Below are positions 17,810 to 27,194 of a stretch of 32,000 nt of DNA, piece after piece. Below the pieces are notes generated by a model. It was not told where the DNA came from. It ran no database searches and saw only the letters and a program-made list of their open reading frames with translations. This DNA is from Candidatus Brocadia sp. (GTDB lineage: Bacteria; Planctomycetota; Brocadiia; Brocadiales; Brocadiaceae): NCBI GenBank assembly GCA_021650915.1, contig CP091279.1:420001-452000 (forward strand), in the 5' to 3' direction. Positions within the stretch are counted from its first letter, which is position 1. Each line of letters opens with the position of its first letter. The translations under genes were made by a program, and so were the position numbers.

Positions 17810-18110
17810 GTCTCTCCATATAACTGCTCGTCACATCATACAAAAACAGCTTCGGCTTCTTGCCTGCCCGTCTTGCATCAAACAACGTTCGCTCTATCTT
17901 TGCCTGATGCTCCGATAACCACAATAAATTATCGTAGAGATCATTCTCGTCGAACCCCCGCTTCATACCCAGCACATCACCCGCTGCAGGCACATGCGCC
18001 AGCCTTACCGCCGAGAGTCTTGACCCCTGATTTATCACTCGCGACATTACCTGCCACAGCGCCAGTCTCCCCTGAAAATCCTTCCCCAATGCCTCCTCTA
18101 TCCCTAATTC
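17810..18110 (-). mobile_element. internal fragment of a second IS-A copy (transposase residues about 95-190)
   Basis: Colinear with 14185-14480 of IS-A (ELGIEEALGKDFQGRLALWQVM.RVINQGSRLSAVRLAH...LFLYDVTSSY). It is cut on the left by the intron and on the right by IS-B. Confidence 0.88.
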
Positions 18111-19681
18111 GTGTTTGAACGGAACCCCCCCCCAGAGCCCTGTAAAGTAAGGAGAAGCTGGTGAAAAATGTTCATGAAAGTCATTGAATTTTTTCGGGTA
18201 AAAGGGTAAAATATGGCGAAAATGAAGGGATTCTGGGTATAAAGAGTCCAAATATTCGGTTCATTAACCCACTAGCCAAAGGACATTCGATAGAAGATGA
18301 GAAAGAGATTTGAGCAGCAATTGAAGCTTGGCATCATACCCATTTCAGGGGTAAAACTGCCAATAAAGAGTCGAGATGAGCTACCACCGATACTGAGGGC
18401 GTTGCAACATATCTATGTTACACCGGAGTTGAACGAGGAGGTATTCCGGATATTAGAGGCGAAGGTAACGAAGGGGAAGAAAAAGACGGGAAGATATGGG
18501 ATGGATTTATGGCATATTTTGGTGTTGTCGGTGGTAAGATTAGGGTTAGATGCCGATTATGACAGGTTGGAGGATTTTGCCAACCATCACAAACTTATCA
18601 GGCAGATAATGGGGGTTGAGACGGCATTTGGAGAGGCGAAGGTTTTTTCGATGCAGAGCATCAAGGACAATATAAGATTGTTGGATGAGGAGACCCTCAG
18701 GCAGATAAATGAAGTGGTGATATCATCGGGGCATCAGTTGGTTAAAAAAAAGGACGAAGGACTGTGTATTAAGGTGGATACGTATGTGTTAGAGACGAAT
18801 GTACACTTTCCGACCGATATGAATTTATTGTGGGATGCGGGACGCAAGAGTCTGGACATGATAGAGGATGCAATAGAGGAAGGCATCCTGGCGGGGAAAG
18901 GATGGCGCAAGAGCAAATATTGGAGGAGAGAGTTAAAAAAGCTGATGAGGATAAGCGCAAAGGCGTCAAGCAGCGGGGGGAAAAACAAGGAAGAGCATGT
19001 GAGGAGTTACTTGGAATTATCGAGGGGTTTGAATGAAAAGATAGGAGCGAGTCTGTTAGCCATCTACGAAAAGGTGCTAACGACGAACCAGGTAGACAAG
19101 CATGCAGGGAAAATAGGGACACTGGAGTATTTTCACGGGATGTTGAATAAACAGATAGACCTGGTGGAGAGAAGGGTGATCCGGGATGAGGTAATACCGG
19201 CGGCAGAAAAGGTTCATTCGTTGTTTGAGCCGCATACGGAGTGGCTGTACAAAGGCAAGTCAAACAAAAGGGTAGAGTTGGGACATAATATTCTGGTAGC
19301 AAGCGATCAGTGGGGTTTCATCGTGGACCATGTGGTAGGAGAAAAACAGGCGGATGTATCGTTGGTAATTCCATTGGCAGATAGGTTGTTGAGCCGTTAC
19401 GGAGAAGGCACAATAAAGAGTATAAGTTTTGATAAAGGTTTTTACAAGAAAGAGAATAAAGAGTTGCTGAGTTTGTATATACCAGAGGTAATCCTTCCCA
19501 AGAAGGGCAAGAAGAATAAGGCGGAACAGGAAGAGGAATCGGGTAAGACATTTAAGAAGCTAAGGCACAAGCACTCGGCGGTAGAATCGGATATCAATCG
19601 TTTGGAGCATCACGGCTTGGATAGGTGTCCGGACAAAGGGCTGCATGCCTTTAAAAGATATTGTGCAATGGGCGTGTTAGC
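18111..19681 (+). mobile_element. IS-B copy 1 (3'-truncated by IS-C); DDE element of the IS5/IS1182-like superfamily, exact family uncertain
   Basis: The left end GTGTTTGAACGGAA is shared with copy 2 at 20158. Colinear with copy 2 up to ...GGGCGTGTTAGC. The remaining roughly 325 bp of the element are absent. Confidence 0.85.
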
Positions 19682-19760
19682 CCGACTTTCGCAATTCGCG
19701 CCCGAAAAAGGTTATTTTTGGGCAAGAGTCGCCAGGAAACCCGTGAAATTCAAGGGGTGA
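18297..19760 (+). pseudogene. IS-B transposase with chimeric C-terminus
   Basis: DDE-type contexts DTYVLETNVHFPTD, SFDKGFY and SAVESDINRLEHHGLDRC. The last 26 or so codons (RLSQFAPEKGYFWARVARKPVKFKG) are read from the IS-C terminal repeat. The authentic tail, seen in copy 2, is AANLHKLGNVLQEKARKQCEKLRKAA. Confidence 0.8.
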
Positions 19761-20157
19761 ATTTTCAAAACGGCTTGTAGTGCCGACCTACCCTCTTGAC
19801 GCATGCAGGGGGAAGTGCGAAAATGCTCGCATGCTTCTCCGGGAAAAGACACGAACGAAAGATGGAAAAACCCACCGTTATTGGAGCATGGTAGAGAACC
19901 GCCGGGTCAGCGGAAGAAGGGTGGTGCAACGGCAGGTTCTCTATTTGGGAGAACTCAATGACAATCAACGGGCTGGGTGGATTCGGACGATAGAGGCGGT
20001 GTCGGGTAAAGAACCGAAACCAAGACAACTGGCATTGTTTCCGGATGACCGGGAAGCCATGCCGATACCGGATGGTGAGACAGTTCGGGTGAGGTTGGAC
20101 AAAATAGAGCTGCGCCATCCACGGGAGTGGGGAGCAAGCTGGTTGGGATTGTATGTA

Positions 20158-22006
20158 GTGTTTGAACGGAAACCCCCCAGAGCCCTGTAAAGTAAGGAGA
20201 AGCTGGTGAAAAATGTTCATGAAAGTCATTGAATTTTTTCGGGTAAAAGGGTAAAATATGGCGAAAATGAAGGGATTCTGGGTATAAAGAGTCCAAATAT
20301 TCGGTTCATTAACCCACTAGCCAAAGGACATTCGATAGAAGATGAGAAAGAGATTTGAGCAGCAATTGAAGCTTGGCATCATACCCATTTCAGGGGTAAA
20401 ACTGCCAATAAAGAGTCGAGATGAGCTACCACCGATACTGAGGGCGTTGCAACATATCTATGTTACACCGGAGTTGAACGAGGAGGTATTCCGGATATTA
20501 GAGGCGAAGGTAACGAAGGGGAAGAAAAAGACGGGAAGATATGGGATGGATTTATGGCATATTTTGGTGTTGTCGGTGGTAAGATTAGGGTTAGATGCCG
20601 ATTATGACAGGTTGGAGGATTTTGCCAACCATCACAAACTTATCAGGCAGATAATGGGGGTTGAGACGGCATTTGGAGAGGCGAAGGTTTTTTCGATGCA
20701 GAGCATCAAGGACAATATAAGATTGTTGGATGAGGAGACCCTCAGGCAGATAAATGAAGTGGTGATATCATCGGGGCATCAGTTGGTTAAAAAAAAGGAC
20801 GAAGGACTGTGTATTAAGGTGGATACGTATGTGTTAGAGACGAATGTACACTTTCCGACCGATATGAATTTATTGTGGGATGCGGGACGCAAGAGTCTGG
20901 ACATGATAGAGGATGCAATAGAGGAAGGCATCCTGGCGGGGAAAGGATGGCGCAAGAGCAAATATTGGAGGAGAGAGTTAAAAAAGCTGATGAGGATAAG
21001 CGCAAAGGCGTCAAGCAGCGGGGGGGAAAAACAAGGAAGAGCATGTGAGGAGTTACTTGGAATTATCGAGGGGTTTGAGTGAAAAGATAGGAGCGAGTCT
21101 GTTAGCCATCTACGAAAAGGTGCTAACGACGAACCAGGTAGACAAGCATGCAGGGAAAATAGGGACACTGGAGTATTTTCACGGGATGTTGAATAAACAG
21201 ATAGACCTGGTGGAGAGAAGGGTGATCCGGGATGAGGTAATACCGGCGGCAGAAAAGGTTCATTCGTTGTTTGAGCCGCATACGGAGTGGCTGTACAAAG
21301 GCAAGTCAAACAAAAGGGTAGAGTTGGGACATAATATTCTGGTAGCAAGCGATCAGTGGGGTTTCATCGTGGACCATGTGGTAGGAGAAAAACAGGCGGA
21401 TGTATCGTTGGTAATTCCATTGGCAGATAGGTTGTTGAGCCGTTACGGAGAAGGCACAATAAAGAGTATAAGTTTTGATAAAGGTTTTTACAAGAAAGAG
21501 AATAAAGAGTTGCTGAGTTTGTATATACCAGAGGTAATCCTTCCAAGAAGGGCAAGAAGAATAAGGCGGAACAGGAAGAGGAATCGGGTAAGACATTTAA
21601 GAAGCTAAGGCACAAGCACTCGGCGGTAGAATCGGATATCAATCGTTTGGAGCATCACGGCTTGGATAGGTGTCCGGACAAAGGGCTGCATGCCTTTAAA
21701 AGATATTGTGCAATGGGCGTGTTAGCTGCGAATTTGCACAAGCTGGGAAACGTGCTGCAGGAGAAGGCACGGAAGCAGTGCGAAAAGTTGCGAAAAGCCG
21801 CCTAAGCAAGCAAAAAACACGAAGAAAAACAGTCTGCCGGGAGGCAGGTACGCCCAGACAAGGCTAAAATAAAGGGGAAAACAAGGGAAATATGTAAAAG
21901 AACAGTATTTTTGCCAAAAACCCTAATCTCAAATCTTAAAATTATCTATTGGTAAATAGAAAATCGACCTCGCACTTTTACAAAAAGTGCGTTTTCGTTC
22001 AGACAC
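20158..22006 (+). mobile_element. IS-B copy 2, full length (1849 bp)
   Basis: IRs are GTGTTTGAACGGAAAC and, as reverse complement of the right end, GTGTCTGAACGAAAAC. The 6-bp TSD TATGTA lies at 20152-20157 and 22007-22012. A 9-bp-stem hairpin plus T-run sits just inside the right end (about 21970-21995). Confidence 0.92.
20342..21805 (+). pseudogene. IS-B transposase with two homopolymer frameshifts
   Basis: Relative to copy 1 there is G7 instead of G6 at about 21019-21025, and CC instead of CCC at about 21545. This splits the gene into track ORFs 20342-21082 and 21045-21608 plus a tail that ends at TAA 21803-21805. Confidence 0.88.
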
Positions 22007-23546
22007 TATGTATGGAATATGCTGGAACTGGACACATTCTGGAGGATGCGTCTGCCGTCAAGCCGGAAGGGGACAAGCTGGTTGAATATACTGAAGGCGC
22101 TTGTCTGTTACCGGTTGATCGATCCGGGAAGCGAATTTCGTTTTCACCGTGAGTGGTACGTGCGGAGCGCAACAGGCGATCTGCTGGGAGAGGATTATTC
22201 CCTGGCGCAGAAGGACAAGGCGTATCGTTGTTTGGATTTGTTGCTTGAGCATCGGGACGAGCTGTTTGCCTATTTAAAGGAGAAGTGGGGCAAGCTCTTT
22301 GGGGCGAAGTACGATGTGCTGCTGTATGATTTGACGAGTACGTATTTTGAAAGTGACCCACCTCCGACTGGATCGGGGAGTAAGAAGCGGTTTGGATATA
22401 GCCGGGACAAACGTTCGGATTGCGTGCAGGTGGTAGTGGCATTGGTGTTAACGCCGGAAGGATTTCCCGTTGCCTACGAAGTGTATCCGGGCAATACCAG
22501 AGACACCGCAACGCTGGAGGAATTTCTGGATCGGATTGAAAAGCAGTATGGGAAATTCCGGCGCACCTGGCTTATGGATCGCGGTATTCCAACGGAGGAG
22601 ATGTTGGAAAAGATGCGTGAGCGCGGGATTGATTATTTGGTTGGGACTCCGAAGGGGCATTTGACGAGAGTAGAAAAACCGCTACTCGAACAAACCTGGA
22701 TGCGGGCGAGGGAGAGCGTCCGCGTGAAAGTTCTTCGGCAGGAATCGGAGTTTTACGTTTACGTGGAAAGCCATGACCGGGTGTCTAAGGAGCGTGCCAT
22801 GCGTAGGCGCAGACTCAGACGTTTGTGGATGGGCCTGCGCGAACTTCGCAATCGAAAAGCCCTCACGCGCGATGACCTGCTCATGCATATTGGCGCGTTA
22901 AAGAAAGAAGCCGGACGAGACTACAGACTGGTCACGATCTCCATTCCCAAACCGCAGGAACCGGTCAATGAGAATACGTTCCGGTTCAGTTTGGATCGGG
23001 AACGCCTGAGGCAGGCGTATCGGCGCGAGGGGCGTTATTTGCTTCGTTCCAACATGCAGGCCGCCGCGCCAGAAACCGTCTGGGAAAATTATTTGCTGTT
23101 GACGCGGATAGAACAGGCATTTAAGGACTTGAAGGGGTCTCTTTCCGTCCGCCCCTATGGCATCAATTGGAACGGAGAATTGAAGCCCATATCTTTGTTT
23201 CCTTTTTGGCTTTTTGTCTCCACACGACACTGCGCAATCTTGCGCGGGGGAGGGCCGGAGGGCTGACGTCTGAAGCGATTTTGGAAAAACTGTCGGGCAT
23301 TCAAATGATAGACGTTCATTTACCGACCACGGATGGCCGTCATATTGTCATGAGTCGTTATACCCAGCCGGAGAAGGACGTTTTACTCCTTTTGGCACAA
23401 TTGGGATTAACGCTTCCTGAACAACCGCCGCCCAAGGTTTACGCATCCGGACAGGTCGGCCTGTAGTGCCGACCTTTTTACATGACCCCTTGATTTTACT
23501 GGCTTAGCGGGTTGTATACCCCTCGAATTGCGAAAGTCGGGCTAAC

Positions 23547-23856
23547 CTTCGAACACAGTCTTAAGGTGTTAGAAAATACGAAACGCCGCCTGTATGCCGC
23601 ATTGTCTATCTTTAAGGAAGATGAAGAAGCCCCTGAAGTGGCTATTGAGCGTCTCTGGGGAGCCCTGGGTAAAATAAATAGGGAAGAAACTGCCGAACTG
23701 ATAAACGACCTGGAGTCACGCGCATTATTAGAGGTCACGCAAAAAGCTGAACCGCGTACCATACGGCTGCACGACCTCCTGCGTGATTTGATGCACACGG
23801 AATTAGGCGAAACGGGGAGCCATGAGGCACGTCAACTATTGATAACTGCTTACCGA
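23547..23856 (+). pseudogene. remnant of an NB-ARC / STAND NTPase gene (ARC winged-helix region only)
   Basis: The frame of track ORF 23512-23883 reads LYAALSIFKEDEEAPEVAIERLWGALG...ELINDLESRALLEV...TIRLHDLLRDLM. This matches the LS.FPED..IP...L..LW / L..L..RSLL / .HDL.RD pattern of APAF-1/R-protein ARC domains. No P-loop lies upstream (IS-C abuts), and the frame dies in the IS-D terminal repeat. Confidence 0.6.
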
Positions 23857-24883
23857 CATTACTTTGTTAAAAAACGCATGTGAAAAAATATTTTCGAGTC
23901 ATAAGTGGAGTTCGACTCAACTTACTATAAATCAATGTTTTGCGACTTATTTTATGCTTGACTTATTCCTTTACTCCTGCTATTAATTGCATTTGTGAAT
24001 TTTTCAATCAACCAATCAATCAACCAATCAACCAATAATAGGAGCAAAGGATTTGAGTATTTTTTCTGCAAATATTCCCCTGTTCAAAGACAAAATACAA
24101 ATCGCCATGGAACTCTTTGATACTTGCTCAAAGACCATGGATTTCTCCGGTATTGTCTTCGACTCCTGGTATGCCACAACTCGCCTCCTCACGCACATTC
24201 ACAAGAAAGGCAAAATCTTCTATTCCGAAATAAAATCGAACAGAAACATCTTCATGCGCCATCCCGTAAAGAAAAACAAATGTCTCGTCAAACCAGATGA
24301 GCTCGTGACCCTCATCAAGAAGCATTTCTGGGACAAAATCAAATTCGTCAAATTCAAAACTACGGATGGCTCTGAAGTTTCACATAAAAGCTATTCGTTC
24401 GAGGCAAAGCTGAAAGATTGTGATGTTCCCATCAAGTTGGTAGTTATTCTGGGCAAGTGGAATAAGGAAGACGACTACAACTATCATATCCTTATTACCA
24501 ATGATCTCCGCGCCTCTGCCAAAATGATAATTACCAACTACCTGCTCCGTTGGGGCATTGAACACTGTTTCAAGGAATTAAAGGACACCTTTTGCTTTGA
24601 TCACTACCAAGTCAGACATATCAACAAGATTGAGAGATACTGGAATCTCTGTCTTGTTGCATGGACTCTCACCTACTGGATCAAACAAAATGCCTATCTT
24701 GCGAAAATCCTTGAAACAAAACCGACAACCTTCAATGAGATCAAACAAGCTGTCAATTCTATGCTAGAATTCGCCGCTACCAATGCCTTATCAAAGAACG
24801 AAAAACTTGCCAATGGCTATTTTAAAATTAAATCCAAACGCCTTAAGAAAAAATGCGCTGCTTAAATTTTTAACAAAATAATG
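23857..24883 (+). mobile_element. IS-D: internally deleted IS4/IS701-like element (about 1.03 kb)
   Basis: Terminal IRs are CATTACTTTGTTAAAAA (23857-23873) and the reverse complement of 24867-24883 (CATTATTTTGTTAAAAA), matching 16 of 17. Encloses a transposase ORF that lacks its N-terminal third. I could find no TSD. Confidence 0.5.
24053..24865 (+). pseudogene. N-terminally truncated IS4/IS701-type DDE transposase
   Basis: Contains the second Asp context (IVFDSWY) and the Y-2-R-3-E-6-K signature (NYLLRWGIEHCFKELK), but the first-Asp region is missing. It opens with TTG directly after a CAATCAAC microsatellite. Confidence 0.7.
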
Positions 24884-25030
24884 TTTCATAGAAGGAAAAC
24901 TCCTCATCACGGATGATAGTGTGTTCATAACTTGGGGAAATACTGAAAATTATGGAAAAAATCAGGTAGCCATTGGTTTTTTAATCTATTTTACTGAAAA
25001 TTGGCACCGATTTTCTTGCAATTCTCTCGT

Positions 25031-25056
25031 CCCAAAACCCTATCTTGGGTTTTGGG
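25031..25056. terminator. perfect 10-bp hairpin between convergent transcription units
   Basis: CCCAAAACCC-TATCTT-GGGTTTTGGG lies 29 nt beyond the stop of the minus-strand membrane protein gene. No clean U-run follows on either strand. Confidence 0.35.
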
Positions 25057-25084
25057 TTAAAGTAAAAATCCTTTACGAAAGTAT

Positions 25085-26824
25085 TTATTTCTTTGAACGA
25101 ATCTTGTCGTTCAAGGCCTGAAGGAATTTTTCGGTATCCACATTATGCATCTTTGTAGCCATTTCTATGCTTGCAACACGGCCCATGGTCTTACGCATAA
25201 CGGGGTTTGCCATCTGGCTAAAACCAAAATCGAGGAAGATTTGAAGGGTTTCAGGGTATTGATCCACGATGTCGAAGACCTTGGTGTCCTTGGCAATCTC
25301 CGTTAGCTTAACGGCTGCCGGTGATTTCGCCACCTGGGTCGTATTCATGGTTTTCCACAGGTTATAACCGAAGATGCCCAACGCGGCTAGTTCAAACCAA
25401 CCAGAGGTTCCCATAACGACATAATAGACAGGTTTCTCGCTGACCCCGACCATGATCTGAGAAAATACCCTGAGGAAACAGCCGGTATTAAGCAGGATAA
25501 AGGTCATATTTGACAATTTTAAACTGTGCATGTCAATCCCTTTAAAGGTAGGGATCATTTTTGAGGCATAGCCAATAATCATCATGGTAATAAAACCAAC
25601 CGTGACGGCATGATTGAGCGATCCGTGAAATCTTTGCTGCATTTCAGAACCAAGCCCTAGAAATGGGATGACGAGCAGGATTGCTGCGGTAACGATGAGC
25701 CAGAGATATGCGGTGCGGATTGTCTTGGCATAACTTCGGTCCATAACCACATCCTGAAGCTCTTTCGTTGACCTCTCAAAGATGCGTAATCCGTAAATGA
25801 AGGAGATCAGGGCAAAGGCAATGGGAAACGCAATGCCTTGCGAAAACCTGAATGCTATAACGGACCGATGCGCAAAGACGTGGGCGACAAAATAGATCGG
25901 AACCGATATGTTCAGCACCCAGAAGGTCAGATTGACCGCCTTCTCCCTGACAGGCTTGATGTCGAGGAAGGCAAATACTGTCCTGATATTGATAGCAAAG
26001 ATAAACATGAATACAAAACCAAAGAGATAGAGATGCACAAAGGGACTAAAAACGGTCCTTGGAATCTCATAAATAGCATGATTATAAAGGTATATGGTCA
26101 TTCCTAGGTTGATAAATGTGGAGATGATGAGCCAGATAATGCCAGCTTTGAAAAATTTATCAAAGATACCGGGCTTTTCCTTGCTGGCAAATATAGTCCG
26201 CAAGATAATAAAGGCAAAGAGATAAATTGAAATGATCTCTAAAATTGCGGAGATAAAAACCAGAATTCTGAGGGAGCGAAAAGGCGTTGGCTGCAATAAA
26301 ACCCTAAGCAATAAGCCAGCGATGATAAATCCGTAGCAGATATTTGTCAGGTTCCGGTGTCTGAGTTCGGTATTTTTTACCCTTGGTATAATGTACAGGG
26401 CAAAGCCCATGATGCAAAGTCCCACCCATCCGAAGAGTTGCGCATGACCATGTGCCTGAATCATGGCATAATAGATGGAATGAAAACTGAATTTAACAGC
26501 GATATAACTCAGGATGACGGCTCCAAACGTTACGCCAACCGTGAGCGTTAATATGATTGCGGTTTTAACAAATTTCTCGTATATCTTGTCCTCCTCCAGC
26601 GTCGGGAGTTCGATAGGTTCTCCGCCACCTTTGGCAATTGCCTCGTTTAGTTCCTGGACAAGGATGTCATAATTAACTTCGTGTGCCTTGGCAAAAAAAG
26701 CAATGGGTTCATTCGGCCCGCGAACTCCACCCGCTATAACAAGATTATATTTCTTGAATACTGCAAGGGTTTCCGGATGCGACTCTATGAGGTCCTTAAT
26801 AATAGTATTTCTGTTGATTTCCAT
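25085..26824 (-). CDS. 12-TM membrane protein, NnrS-like core flanked by N- and C-terminal DUF1858-like cytoplasmic domains
   Basis: 579 aa. About 70-aa soluble ends share I.D....YPETL.VF...... and NVD.E.FL..LN-type helices, which I recall as DUF1858. I count twelve hydrophobic spans. Two His-containing half-repeats are present (QAHGHAQLFGWVGLCIMGF and HGSLNHAVTVGFITMMIIGY), resembling the H.H...FG pattern of NnrS. Confidence 0.6.
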   Translation of the reverse strand: MEINRNTIIKDLIESHPETLAVFKKYNLVIAGGVRGPNEPIAFFAKAHEVNYDILVQELNEAIAKGGGEPIELPTLEEDKIYEKFVKTAIILTLTVGVTFGAVILSYIAVKFSFHSIYYAMIQAHGHAQLFGWVGLCIMGFALYIIPRVKNTELRHRNLTNICYGFIIAGLLLRVLLQPTPFRSLRILVFISAILEIISIYLFAFIILRTIFASKEKPGIFDKFFKAGIIWLIISTFINLGMTIYLYNHAIYEIPRTVFSPFVHLYLFGFVFMFIFAINIRTVFAFLDIKPVREKAVNLTFWVLNISVPIYFVAHVFAHRSVIAFRFSQGIAFPIAFALISFIYGLRIFERSTKELQDVVMDRSYAKTIRTAYLWLIVTAAILLVIPFLGLGSEMQQRFHGSLNHAVTVGFITMMIIGYASKMIPTFKGIDMHSLKLSNMTFILLNTGCFLRVFSQIMVGVSEKPVYYVVMGTSGWFELAALGIFGYNLWKTMNTTQVAKSPAAVKLTEIAKDTKVFDIVDQYPETLQIFLDFGFSQMANPVMRKTMGRVASIEMATKMHNVDTEKFLQALNDKIRSKK

Positions 26825-27015
26825 AATTCAGTGCCACCGCAACAACTCCCCACTTTTGTCAAGAGGGTCGAAGGGGGTGTAAAAACCCTTTCAAAAAATA
26901 AAGTTTTTTCAGAATAATACTACAAGTAATACATAGTAGCAAACAGCAATGAAAAAATTCAAGGAAATAAATAAAAATTATGCATAACACGCTGATGTCA
27001 TGCAACAATGCGGCG

Positions 27016-27030
27016 CTGCCATAATGGCAG
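27016..27030. promoter_or_regulatory. perfect palindrome, candidate activator (bEBP) site upstream of the sigma-54 promoter
   Basis: CTGCCAT-A-ATGGCAG, flanked by CAACA...TGTTG, lies about 100 bp upstream of the -24/-12 element. Confidence 0.3.
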
Positions 27031-27120
27031 TGTTGTTTTCGCAATATTTATTTATATTAATATTCCATAATTACTTTAATTGTAATTGTTTATGTGTAAT
27101 ATTTTCGTTAAATAAATATT

Positions 27121-27136
27121 TGGCATTTTAATTGCT
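27121..27136 (+). promoter_or_regulatory. candidate sigma-54 (-24/-12) promoter for hsp20
   Basis: TGGCATTTTAATTGCT has GG and GC separated by exactly 10 nt and matches TGGCAC-N5-TTGCW at 10 of 11 defined positions. It lies 59 nt upstream of the hsp20 ATG. Confidence 0.55.
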
Positions 27137-27194
27137 CACTGATCAATCAAAAGTATTGTATTTCAAATATATTTATTTTTGAAAGGAGCTAATT

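Larger units (their letters stand above)
19831..23466 (+). pseudogene. IS-C IS1634-family transposase, disrupted by the IS-B insertion and one frameshift
   Basis: The N-terminus MLLREKTRTKDGKTHRYWSMVENRRV...VLYLGELN occupies 19831-20157. The core YDLTSTYFE...FGYSRDKRSDCVQVV...PGNTRD...WLMDRG lies in 22013-23266. The frame changes at the C run near 23150-23160 to give WHQLERRIEAHIFVSFLA (the E of the DDE triad), running to 23466. Confidence 0.85.
19676..23546 (+). mobile_element. IS-C: second, distinct IS1634-family element (about 2016 bp without its passenger), interrupted by IS-B copy 2
   Basis: 23-bp terminal IRs GTTAGCCCGACTTTCGCAATTCG (19676-19698, and the reverse complement of 23524-23546). 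The transposase halves are rejoined in frame when 20158-22012 is removed (SWLGLYV-WNMLELDTFW). Confidence 0.88.

Noticed and set aside
24005-24036. CAATCAAC tandem repeats as a possible CRISPR-like or regulatory array.
   Set aside because: It has only about 4 imperfect 8-nt units with no spacers, which is microsatellite scale. It lies inside the IS-D remnant.
25002-25020. TGGCACCGATTTTCTTGCA looks like a sigma-54 promoter.
   Set aside because: GG and GC are 13 nt apart instead of 10. It also points into the 3' end of a convergent gene with nothing to transcribe.
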